NCBI GenBank assembly: GCA_964304625.1
Contig: OZ199838.1
Location: forward strand, 8,543,904 to 8,607,903
Direction of reading: 5' to 3'
Origin: Kudoa neothunni
Taxonomy: Eukaryota; Animalia; Cnidaria
Length of the DNA stretch: 64,000 bases
The notes beneath the pieces were generated by a model, which searched no databases, was not told the DNA's origin, and saw only the letters and a list, made by a program, of their open reading frames with translations. How positions within the stretch are numbered: position 1 is the stretch's first letter; each line of letters starts with the position of its first letter. Made by a program: the position numbers and the translations under genes. This document shows, piece by piece, positions 28,401 through 39,829 of this stretch.

Positions 28401-29699
28401 CCGGATTTTGCATCCAAAGTCGAACTTTAAACATTCTAAATGACCTTTTTTTTGGTCACGAATTGAACTTTTAGACGAGTTGTACCGAATTGTTCTCACG
28501 TTGGTTAGAATGTCAAAGCAGCGAAGTCATTCGAATAGGAACCGCGAGAGAGTGATAGATTTGGTTGTAAATAGGGGTAAGAGCCAGCGAGAAGTTGCTG
28601 AATTTTTTGGCATTCCCAAATCAACTCTTTGTGGAATAATCAATAACTATAGAAGTTCAGAAAAAATCCATAAAGCACCTAAGGGAGGTTGTAGAAATAT
28701 TTCCCTTACTTCAGAGGTGAAGAACAACTTGATAAAATTAATAGAGGATGACTGCACCATCACATTACAATCGATGATTGACAAGCTGAACCTGACCGTC
28801 CATCCTACTACGGTTTGGAGATGGTTAAAATCAATGAACATGACATTCAAACTTGCGAGACCTATTCCACAAAGTAGAAATTGCGAATCAGTTAAACTGG
28901 AGTGAAGAGTGTATGCAGAGTGGTATTCAAGCATCTCCATTGATAGGAGATACAATAACGTAATATTTGTGGACGAAAGTCCTTTTACTCTACATATATT
29001 GAAGAATCATGGAAGAGTGCTGAGGGGCCAGACTCCTAATCCTGTGATTAGGAACAGTAGGGGAGATAACATCACCACGATATTAGCTGTAAGTGCCACC
29101 AATGTAGTGCATTGTGAGGCGGTTTTTAGTAACGTTAATCATGAGATATTCCAAGGATTTTTGACAAAATTGAATGAAATTTTAGGAAGTGACGATTTCA
29201 CGATCGTCATGGATAATGTTCGCTTTCATCATACCAATATGGAATTTTATGATGAATATGATTACAAAGTAGTTTACTTGCCAAGGTATAGCCCTTTCTT
29301 AAATCCCTGTGAGGAAGTTTTTTCCCAAATAAAATCAAAAATTCGGCGCGACGGCCCTATAAGAGGAAGAGATGATCTCCTCAATAGGATGAAAGAAGCC
29401 TCCAATGCTGTAAGTTCCAATAATTTGAAGAATTATTATCAGCATGCGGAAACTTTCCTTGGAAAATGTCATGCATTACTTGATATTGAAAGAAATTAAC
29501 TGAAATGTAAAATAACAATTTATCGATTACTTTTTGTTTAGTTGCGTTACGTACTCTCTTTCATTGCATTAACTAAGCTCTAATACACCTTAACAATAAA
29601 TCTAATATTTTTAATTTCTATTTTTTAATGACTTTAAATTTGGTTATTAAAATTTCGACTTTGACTATCAAATAGTTCGACTTTGGATGCAAAACCCGG
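28401..29699 (+). mobile_element. Tc1/IS630-superfamily transposon (1299 bp)
   Basis: TA TSD and 26-bp TIR CCGG(A/G)TTTTGCATCCAAAGTCGAACT. The empty site is visible in Helitron copy B (~46160-46175). Confidence 0.93.
28510..29499 (+). pseudogene. Tc1/IS630-type transposase (HTH + DDE_3) with one in-frame TGA at 28903-28905
   Basis: ORFs 28480-28905 and 28909-29499 are in the same frame. Motifs VIFVDES, IVMDNVRFH and YLPRYSPFLNPCE. Confidence 0.9.
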
Positions 29700-30960
29700 T
29701 AACATCCTTTATAAAATTGCAAAAAAGAGTAAAAATCAACATTTCGTAACCAGAAGGATTAATTTTTATCGCAACATTTTGAAAGGGACTGAAAATCCTA
29801 TCAAAGTTACCCAATGATTTTGTTTAATAAATAAATGAACTTTAATCGTTAATTAAATTGCTCATGAAATTAAGGTAGTCATATTTTTGGTCAATCATTT
29901 GTAAAATAAACTTAAAAATACTCATTAGTTTCCCTCAATACCTCTATTTATATTTGAATGGAAAGTGCGCGCATAATTTTGTTTTTCTAAATCATCACAT
30001 TGCCAAATAATGACAAGTTTAAAATGCATAAATTAAAATAGAAAATTTTTCGTCACATAGTATCAGAAAAACTTGAGCATTAGCGCTAGTTCATAATATT
30101 TTCGGTCGTAGTTTTAGATGGCGTAGGTTGTTTGACTCTCCAAACAATTCCATTTTTGCCGATAGTTGGATTCCCAGTAACATCGACTGCTAAGGATTCC
30201 TCCGAAATTTCAGAAGGTTCAGATACAAAGTCATCAAATTCACTTTCTGATGATAGTAAATCTTTACTATATATCTCAGATTCGCTCAGTGACATTTTCC
30301 AAATAAAACCACATGTGCGCATGTATTAAGATTCGAAAACACGTTTCTTAGAGATGTGATATAATTTAATGTAGTATTAGAATTTTTAAATGCCAAGAAT
30401 TATCAATTTAATTTAAAAATGGAAGTTTATCCATTATTGTACACAAAATAAAATATTCACAATAATATTTAGTTTACGATCCTGCGCGAGGAAAGTACCA
30501 AATGAAACGTAAAGGATTAAGTGGAATTATCTGATACATTTTCCGCGGTTTTACTCAAAGTATAACCAATAGATTTCTAAAATATTCCATCGCTTCATTA
30601 TTTAGATTTTTTTCGATAAATTCATTAAAAAACCTAGGTTCTAATTGACCCCAAGGTCTTTGGGGTGTTGTTTTTTGGTCTTTAGAAGGTTAATATAATG
30701 TTAGTAAAAATATTTCTCCAGAATAAAAAGGAATCCATTTTTAAATCTCTTTTTTGGAGGAGTGCGGAGTTGTCCTCCTAAGTGGTAGGGGGTGCAGAAA
30801 TTAAAATGATTTGTGAAGCGCTGACTTATCTTTTAAAAATTATCAAAAAAGGAACAATTTCAGATACTCACCACTCACCTGTCTTAGGGCTTGTTAATGC
30901 TTCGATTGTCGGCGAAACAACGTGAGACATGTGTCTGCGCACCAGAACCTAAAAATTAAG

Positions 30961-33732
30961 ATGGTTAAGCCGTTGAACTCTCCAATATTTTTATTTGCCC
31001 TGATTTTGGTTGTACTATTTTCACTAAATTTTAAATTTATTGAACTGTCCCAAATTCAGTACGATGGCGATGTCGACGATGAAATTGATATTGAGCCGAT
31101 CGGTGAAAATTATCGTTATCAACATCAACAAATCAATGGTATTGAGCTTTTTAAAAAAAAACATTAATTTTTCTAGAATCTGCTATTGAATATGAGTCCA
31201 AAAAATCCGAAGACTCTGTAAGATTGAGAAATATGAAAAAATCGGCACCCAAATTAGTAATATAAGTTATTTTCCAATTTTTGAATAATTTTCCATCTAG
31301 AATATTTTGTGGAGTAGATTACCTGAGTATAAAATAGAGTTAATTTTTGTGGGAATTGCTCTTTTGCTTATGGTTGTCTATTTGATGGGATCTAATATTA
31401 ATACTTCGATTTCTCAGCAATGGTATTTACTGTTATATTATCGTGGAGGCATAAATCAAAAAATAATTGCGTTTATCAATCCATAGGATTAATCGAAATA
31501 AAGCATACTTAAAATCACAATTTGATTTTTGCGGTATGTGTACTGAGAATATGCTATTATAAAAATCAAGTAATTTACTTTTACCAGGTAACACCAACCT
31601 AAATTCTGCTAACTTTATCCAAATCGATGATAAAAAATTTATTCTCTGGTGTACTGGAAGTAAATTTTGCAAAGGAGCTCTATTAGAGTTGGATGTAGGG
31701 TCGAAAATTAATAATGATCAACTTTGTACATTGTTCTTTTTAGTTATTTCCTCGACAATCATTGATAGATATATTTTGGATACTGCTTTCGAGGCGCCAA
31801 ACAAAGGATTCATTGGTATCTTTTTGATTCATGTTTACTTTTTAACATTGGTACGTGCTAATAAATGAAATTCTATTTTTACTTTAGAAATTGACCATCT
31901 ACCTCAACAATGACACTGAAATTCCTATTTTGGTTATGGGAGATAAACAAATTCTCGCCAAGGATGCTATGTTGAAGGCACATGTAAAGTTTTGATTCGA
32001 ATAAGTTGTTCAATTTTTTATTGTTTAGACTCAATTCTGTAAGGAAAGAAAGATTGATGTGATATTTGAAAACAAAAACTCCATCCCAACTAATTTGGTG
32101 GTTACCTCGGAGTTGAATGAGTTCTATTCTGCCATTTCAAAGAAATCGGTATATTAAATTAATTATTATAATGATAATAATAGCCTTTGAGATTTATCTC
32201 TTAATTTTATTTTTATTTCGACAAATGAAACAATTTAACTTGGTCATTTCGGAGTTAAATCCTTCCGGGCGTTGATAGGATTAATTTTACTACAAAAAAC
32301 TTTACCATTTATTTTACATATTCTAATGGAATCCCAATAGCGCCTTAACTTTTGCCTTTTATCCAAAAAATATAGCATATGAAAATAAACTTATTATGAA
32401 TGTTTACTGATTTTTTTAATGTGCTATCGAAATTCTTACACTGACCTCTTGGGGATCGAATTGATCTCAGCTTAAAATAACATGAGTTAAACTTTTAATA
32501 ATATTTTTTATAACTTTATCGAGATAAAGATCTAATTACAGAACTTAACAGATTAAACGAAAAATAAAAATTTGACGTAGATAAATGAAAAGTCGAGAGA
32601 ATACACTTGAAAAATGAGTGATTTTTAGTGTGTTAACTTCAGAAAATGTATTTCAAGCGATTGAAATTGTTAAGAATAAACGATTGTATGATTTCTCCTC
32701 AGAATTATTGGGATATGATTACGAGACAATTAAAAATAAAAATATTATTTCCTGGGAGAATGATAGGTTAGAGCTTGTGAGAGTTTCAATATGGAACAGC
32801 AGTGTCAAATTTTTGTAATATAAAACTTTAGTTTAGATTGGCTCTAAAATTTTATAATAACTAACAAAAATATCGAATTAATTAAATTTATCACGTATAA
32901 CATTAAATGTGTTAGTCAAATTTATTCTATAGTCAAGATAGTTTGATATACACCCGATTAACTGTCCTTTGATGTTTAGTTTGGACAGCTGTTCAGAAAG
33001 TATCACTCAATTATAAGATCAGTTCTATTCACCGATCTTAAATACGACGAGTGTGTATTATTGTTGACTGCTGGCCTTATTTCTAAAACGGTGCTATAGA
33101 TTTGAGAAAGAATTCACTATTTCTGAACTTGATGATAACAATAAAAATGAAATATCAAAGTCTAAAACTATAACGATTGATTTGCAATGTAAACTATAAT
33201 TCTAAATATTAGCTATATCATTCATTATAGTCGAAAGTGGTTTCTTTAAATCCGAATTATGTTCAGATGTTGATTTTGGCGATTTTTTCGAAATATGGAT
33301 GAAATCGGTTGAACAAATATCCCTCTCCAGTAATTTTTTCATCAGCAAGGAAGTACAATTATATTATTTAAAGTCGCCAGAACCTTACATGTTTATAGGG
33401 TAAAAATAAATTATCAAAGGCTAGAGCTGATATCCAGGCCAAGATACAGAAAAAAGAACATCAACTTCGCGTTGAAGTATTATTTTATTTCCTTATTGAT
33501 TTGTTGGCCAAAGTTAAATATAACCTATTAGAAAGCTATGCAACGAAAAGATATGAAAGTTAGGGAGGAAAATGAAAAGATTATGAGCACATCTAATCCT
33601 GTTCTTCAAATGAAATTACAGGTACCTATTTTTTGAGTTCGTTTTATCAACGAATTATAGGCAAAGAAAGAAAAGAGAGAACAACGAAATGCGAAGAAAA
33701 AGATGGCGAAATCAGTCAAAATTGTCTCATAA
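30961..33732 (+). CDS. CCDC47: PAT complex subunit CCDC47 homolog (multi-exon)
   Basis: Signal peptide, acidic segment, TM helix ending YLMGSNIN..SQQW, FILWCTGSKFCKGALLELD|LFPRQ, SVLFTD, and a basic coiled-coil C-terminus ...KREQRNAKKKMAKSVKIVS*. GT-AG introns, one of ~830 nt. Confidence 0.85.
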
Positions 33733-34020
33733 AAATTTTGTTCCGATCTAACAATACTGCTAATGAGAACATAAAACTTTGTAGCTAAAGTATCAAATTT
33801 TAGATCAAATGAATAATTATTTATAGAAGTATGATTTGTAAATTAATGTTTTTGTCATATATTTGTGCGAAATTGAATTTGCTTTGGGTTTATTTTGTAA
33901 TCTTTGGACTATAAATATTTGAAAAGCTTATTAAAATTAGTTGCATATAATTGTCTTATAACAGTCCAGCCTACATATAGATAATTTTCAAATTTCGGTA
34001 TGTGTAAAATTTTAAATTGT

Positions 34021-34127
34021 AACGACTGGCTGAGTGATGATATTAAATGGATTAGGGTTTGTACGTAATTGTTTTTTTGAAGAAATTTTCCTAATCTGTT
34101 ATATTTAATTATTTCTGACCAGTCGTT
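34021..34127 (+). ncRNA. Candidate hairpin ncRNA / box C/D snoRNA-like
   Basis: Perfect 9-bp terminal stem AACGACTGG/CCAGTCGTT, GTGATGA at 34034-40 and CTGA at 34115-18. No guide target was identified. Confidence 0.3.
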
Positions 34128-34156
34128 TCGCTCTTAGGGCAACAAATAATTAAATA

Positions 34157-35730
34157 CAGTCGAACCTCGATTATCCGGAAAATTTGGGACCCGCGATTTT
34201 CTTTCCGGATAGCGAGGTTCCGGTTAATCGATCGTAAACAACGCCTTGAGCGCGCGCGGTTTTTTAAATTTCTACTTAAACGATTGTTTGTTTGATTTAT
34301 AATTTTTTTCTATTTATTAAGTAAAATATTTTAACTTCTGCCATTTAAATTAAAAACGTTGACATATCTATTAACTGAGAATACGGAGACTTAAAAGAAA
34401 AACAATACGTAATTATGGCAGCTTCTACACGTCTACAGAGGAATAACCTACTTTTTTAAATAATCGATAATTAATGTTCGTTTAATGTATATACAAGCAT
34501 GTGTTCAGATATAGCGAAAATTTATATAAAAACTGAAAGTTTAACTTAAGTTTTACAAGAAAAATATATTAATAAATAACCTAGAAATATTGTTTTAAAT
34601 ACTGCATTGGTATGTACCAGGGGTGGCCAGACTTGCCCAGATCGGGAGCAAACTTTAAGGTTGCCAAAATTTTCAAGAGCTACATGGCATCAAAATAATT
34701 TATGTACCTATTCCTTATTTATAACTTACATTTTTAGAAAATTTCTGGTAAATATTTAGATAAAATGTTGTAGAATTATAAAAAAGGTTGTTTCATTTTT
34801 TTTATTTAGTTAATCCCTTGAAAACTTACATATAATTTTTACAGGTATAATTTTTGATGGTTTTTTCAAAAAGTAAATTAATAGTTAATGACCTAATAAA
34901 CTTTTTCTCTATGTAGAAGGTCGAAAAAATAATAAAATATTTGTCATATTTAATCATGTGATGGTCTGACAAAAAATAAAGTAAATTATTTACGAATAAC
35001 ATAATAACACAAGAATTTAATGCTTTCGAAATTGTTTCTAATGTAAAAAGGTTTTTTTGTTTCCATATTATCAGTAAGTTGACGGTAATCAGGTTTGTAT
35101 GCTGTTAGCGCTGTACGAATCAGTTCCATCAGGTGTTTGTTTGCGGGGAAGGGATCCGCGATGCTCTGATTTTACAAATTTCATCGTTGAATAAATAAAC
35201 TCACAACAATAAGTTGTTCCAAAGATAGAAACAAGTTTGAGGCGAATTTCTTTTAAATTTGAATATTTAGTTTCTAGAACGTATTTCCACAATTCGCTTG
35301 GTGAGATGGAATTATGAATCATGTTTAAAGCTTTAATGAATGCTTTATTCTTTCGATATCTATCATTTTGATAATGGATAAACATTAATTCTAAGTGTAC
35401 TCTCTAATTAATATGTAATAATTCAAGTTTGTATCAAATATTAAAACTACATGGTAGTTTGTAATTATGTTTTCTAATCAAAAATATTATCTAGTTTAAG
35501 ATTAAATATTTAATTTCTTCGCTTGATTAAATAGTTTAAATTTTGTACTTTTCTAAATTAACGTGCTGGTTGAATTAAAAAAAAAGTTCAACTAAAAACC
35601 TTTTTTTTCAAGGGTCACGGTTTGGCCACCCTTGGTATATATGCTACATTGTATGTCGTACGGTGATGGGTGGTACTTTTATCCGGAAATATGATTAAAT
35701 AGTTATACCGGTTTCCGGATAATCGAATAT
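34157..35730. mobile_element. pogo/Tigger-type non-autonomous element hosting a hAT insertion
   Basis: TA|CAGTCGAACCTCGATTATCCGG start, with a CCGGATAATCGA motif recurring near 35715. The right end is not resolved. Confidence 0.5.
34618..35634 (-). mobile_element. Internally deleted hAT (SPIN/GTF2IRD2-like), copy 1
   Basis: TIR CAGGGGTGGCCA / TGGCCACCCTTG and flanks GTATGTAC/GTATATAT. C-terminal fragment KYSNLKEIRLKLVSIFGTTYCCEFIYSTMKFVKS. A direct homolog lies at 47448-48451. Confidence 0.85.
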
Positions 35731-36434
35731 TTATCCACACGTAATGTCAATAAAATCCAAATAAAATTTAAATATTAACATTATAATATGTCAATTAACA
35801 ATTACAGTTTGAAACAATCTGTTAGAAATGTTTTTATCGTCATATTTTATAATTTAAGCTATACTTACAATCATTGGGTAGAAATGATTCAAGTTATCAT
35901 TTTTTTATACGAAACGTTGGGCGTATTTCTGAGAGAGCATTTTTGGTTTCTCTGTACTCACAACATTTGACATGACCATTTTTACTGAAACTATCACTGT
36001 GTTGGGGATTATCACTTTAATTTGATCTCATTTTTTCGGTCCATTGTTAATATTTATCATTGGTAATTATAAATTATAGGTGTTTTAAGGATTCAAAAAG
36101 ATTTAGATTAAATTACTAAAATTTCATAATTTTTAATAATTTTTTAGTTTATATATTATTAAAATTATGTTCCTTCTTAATTAAAACGATATATTATTAC
36201 TAATGAAATATTTTTCATATAGTTTTTTTAAATCGTTATGTTCTATATTCTGATATCAATTCATGAGTTGTTTGTAATAAAAAAATAAAGCGCCTATAAT
36301 AATAACATTATAAAAACACAAAATTTCATTAATTGGCTAAAAACTCTCGAAATACATTAGATGTTTCATGACATATTTTATATTCAATTGTTTATAAGTC
36401 AACTCGTTATCGATAGAACCACTCTCTTAATTAA

Positions 36435-36509
36435 CATTAGCACGTACGCGTAAAAATATAACACTACTGCACAACAGGGTCCAATGGACCTTGTTCGTAC
36501 GTACAAGTG
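36435..36509. mobile_element. 75-bp minimal piggyBac-like element
   Basis: TTAA on both sides, ends CATTAGCACGTACG / CGTACGTACAAGTG, and a central GGTCCAATGGACC palindrome. Confidence 0.55.
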
Positions 36510-36587
36510 TTAACGTTTTAAAGAGCACCGTGGATTGAGGTTGTTTAGATAAATAAAATGAAATTCAGCACAACACACAAATATCTA

Positions 36588-39549
36588 TTATGCGGTATAA
36601 ACAACTTCGTCTTTGCGTTTTTTTTGAATAACTGTTCCAGGCTTGTGTAAAGCTTCCGGATGGTGTAATAATTCGTTGGGGCATATACTTGCTGGACTTT
36701 GCATCAGCATCGTTCTCAAGTCGTAATACAAATGGGTATCGTCAGGAGTGAGGAAAGTGATTGCAATACCATTCTTACCAGCACGACCAGTTCTACCAAC
36801 ACGATGAGTGTAATCCTCGATAGTTTTGGGAACGTCATAGTTTAAAACTAAAGAAACATCCTTCACATCTATACCACGACTGGCGACGTCAGTTGCCACC
36901 AGAATGAATTTGGCGCCGGTTTTAACTTCACGTAAAGATGCTTCTCTATATATCACCATTGATCGAATATAAACGCCAAAATATTTTTACCTTTGTTCCT
37001 GGCTTTTACCACCATGCAAAGACACAGCCGAATACTATAAGCATTCAAACCATCGAGAGATAAAAACAAAAAACATTTACTCCGATTTTATCCAATGACT
37101 TGGCCAATAGATCAGCTCCTTTTTTCTGATTAACAAATATAATGATAGGAGGTCCATAAATTTCAGACTCGAGAATTTCAAGCAATCGTTTCCTACATAT
37201 ATAATCATAACCAACTAGTTCGCTGGAATTATCAAAGGATTACTTCTTCTTAGCTTCACTAACCATTTCAACGCGTTGTTCAACGCGTTCCACGGGTTTA
37301 CCAACCGTACCAATGTAAATTGTAACCGGTCGTCTATCCAACCTTAATTCAAACTAGTTCCTAGTAACTCAAATACCTCAGATATTGTTGAGCAAGTCTT
37401 TCGATTGCTGGTGACATTGTTGCTGTAAACATACACGTCTAATTACATACAAATTTAAAAACAAAATGATTATTTTAGCGATAAAAAGACTAAAGAAAGT
37501 CGTAAATTTTATAATTATTTAATCACTGTTCGTGAATTTATGAAATGAATATAATTTTTGTTACTTGTCTGTATTTTTCTCTATTTCCTAAGCTGATTTT
37601 CAATTGATCAACATCTTCAGTTTCTTCAGAGTCCGGTTTTATGTTGGTTAGAGGTAGATAATCAAGAACTGCTTTCAAACTCTCCTCAAAGCCCATATCA
37701 ATCATACGATCTGCTTCGTCCAACACAATATAAGAACACTGAGAGAGAATGACATATCGAGATTCTATTTAATTAATTAAATAAACCATAATAAAACTGT
37801 AAGAGAAGAGTGTGTATCTCACCTAGCACATCCAAAAGACGACCCGGTGTCGCAATAATGATCTATTATCATAGAAAACCTTTGATTAGTTAAAATATAA
37901 ATAACCTCACAACCCAATCTTAGCTGGAGACCTTGTTCCTCTTTTGACATCTAAAAAACCAATGTATAAAATTTCAGTAACTTTATTGGAACACATACAC
38001 CACCAACTAGCGATACGGTTCTAATTCCTAGCGGTTTCGCAAATTTTATAGTTTCTTGTTCAATCTTAAATGGTTATTATTTGTAACAATTTTAAAATAG
38101 ACCAACAAATAGATTATACTTGTGTAGCCAATTCTCTAGTTGGTGCTAAAATAATAGCGTACGGACTTTGACTTGAGTCAGTTATTCTAAAATTGACACA
38201 AATTATGATGGCATCATTATAAAATTCATATTCCAGAAAAAATACTGATTCACCCTAGGAAGATCCATAATCCACACCAACAAAGGGAGAACGAAAGCAG
38301 CAGTTTTACCACTACCAGTTTCAGCAATACCAATAACATCACGATTCAGCATACCGACTGGAATGCCGATTTTTTGAATTGGAGTGGGATCCTCGTAACC
38401 CAACGAATAAACGACTTTAACAAGTTTTTTAGGAAGACCAGATTCTTCCCAATTTCTAATTGGATTAGGAACAGATCCACCTATAAATGTGTATTGTAAT
38501 AAGAACTTAAATATCTTTAGACCATTCTATATACCTTTTGTTAACTATACTAAAGTCCTCTTTGAAAATACGCCAATCTCTTGGAGTCATATCTTCAAGG
38601 GGTTTTTTAGTCCAGTGTCTATCTTTGTGGGCAATTTTTTTAGCCTTAGATCGTTCTTCACGTAGACGTTTCTTTTCACGTTGTTTTTCTAACTCAGACC
38701 GTCTGCTGTCCATCAAATCTTCGTAGAACTTTGATAACTCTTTCTTCTGTACTTTTATATCGATTCCCGCTATATGACCTCTCCCAAAAAGTTGGATTTG
38801 ATGTTTGTTGCTGTATAGATCATTGTAATCGTGAGAAGTGTCTTCTTTGGCTTCCCAATCGAACACAAATTTTTTTTCGGTGTAGTGACGAGAACGCTTT
38901 TTCCGTTTAAACAGCCCCTAAATACTTGTCCTTGATAGCATTCAGTTGGGCGACTTCATAACTCTAAATCAAAGTTATGTTTTGATACAGTTCAATTATA
39001 TAATCAATTTACATCTGAATCCTTTATTTCATTTTGCACTGTTCCATTCTTATCCTTATTATCTGATCGGCGACTACTTCCACCACTGGTAGAACGGTAC
39101 GAGCCCTCTTTATCAGCATAATTGTTGCCTTTTTAAGCATTAAAAAGACAAATAAATCAAAAAAATTCAACCTTCGATTTTAGCTTGTTTCATGAATTCT
39201 TCTCTTTTCTTTTTAGTCTCTTCATAAAGTTGCCGTTGTTTTGCAGCTTCTTCCTTTCTTCGTTCTATTGCTAGCTGTTGGCGTTCTTCTTTAGTGAGAA
39301 ATTTCGGTCGTTCTTCTTGCTTCTTTTCATCTTCATGTTTCTGCAATAATTCTTCTAGTGATAAAGGCTGCCTAGAAATAGTAAATTGATGAAGAATCAC
39401 GAAAAACCTGTTTTTTGGGGGTTTCATTGACGTCAGTTGGGATTTCTTCGGTCAATTTAGAATCAGCCTCGTTTTCCCCAACTTTTGATTCAGTCTCAAT
39501 ACGATTTTTTTTTAGTTTTTGAACGATCTTTATTCTTATGGGACACCAT
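36588..39549 (-). CDS. DDX23: U5 snRNP DEAD-box helicase PRP28/DDX23 (14 introns found)
   Basis: [34 protein letters not shown] motif [42 protein letters not shown] and [12 protein letters not shown]. All introns are GT-AG. Confidence 0.96.
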
Positions 39550-39829
39550 TGCGCGATTTACACATGCGCAAGTTCTACTCACCCGACGAAGCGGCGCTCT
39601 ATTCAAACCTTAATTTCGATTCTACTGCTTTTATATATTTATTTTATCTTCTGAAATGTAAAAAATTTATTCTCAAATTGTATTAAATTATATAACGATA
39701 ATACCAACAATCTGTTTTCTTAATTAGTTTCGTGGGTTTTAGCTAGTTCGTTGATTACAATAAAAATTCGGTTGAATTTTTTAATCTAGAGATATTTTAG
39801 GGCAATTTTTACATTGATTCCTATTTAAA

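Larger units (their letters stand above)
27236..30089 (+). mobile_element. Non-autonomous Helitron, copy A
   Basis: A|TC...CTAG|T with no TSD. Removal restores the piggyBac frame ENIMN-SYPGVT. Long inverted homology to 45557-48465. Confidence 0.85.
25690..30689 (-). mobile_element. piggyBac transposon interrupted by a Helitron
   Basis: Acidic N-terminus from ATG 30295; VIIDEQLVAFGGKCPFRQYM..KPAKYGIK; IVADNFFTS; RRWPMIVFFNMLD. Ends ...GAAGG|TTAA at 30689. 25690-25759 is an inverted repeat of 30517-30580. The left end is uncertain. Confidence 0.85.

Noticed and set aside
28903-28905. TGA reassignment, selenocysteine or alternative genetic code
   Set aside because: It is a single case in a transposon, PCNA uses TGA as its true stop, and no SECIS is evident.
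36588-39549. Non-canonical or U12-type introns
   Set aside because: All DDX23 and phosphatase junctions, and the CCDC47/NACA junctions I checked, are GT-AG.
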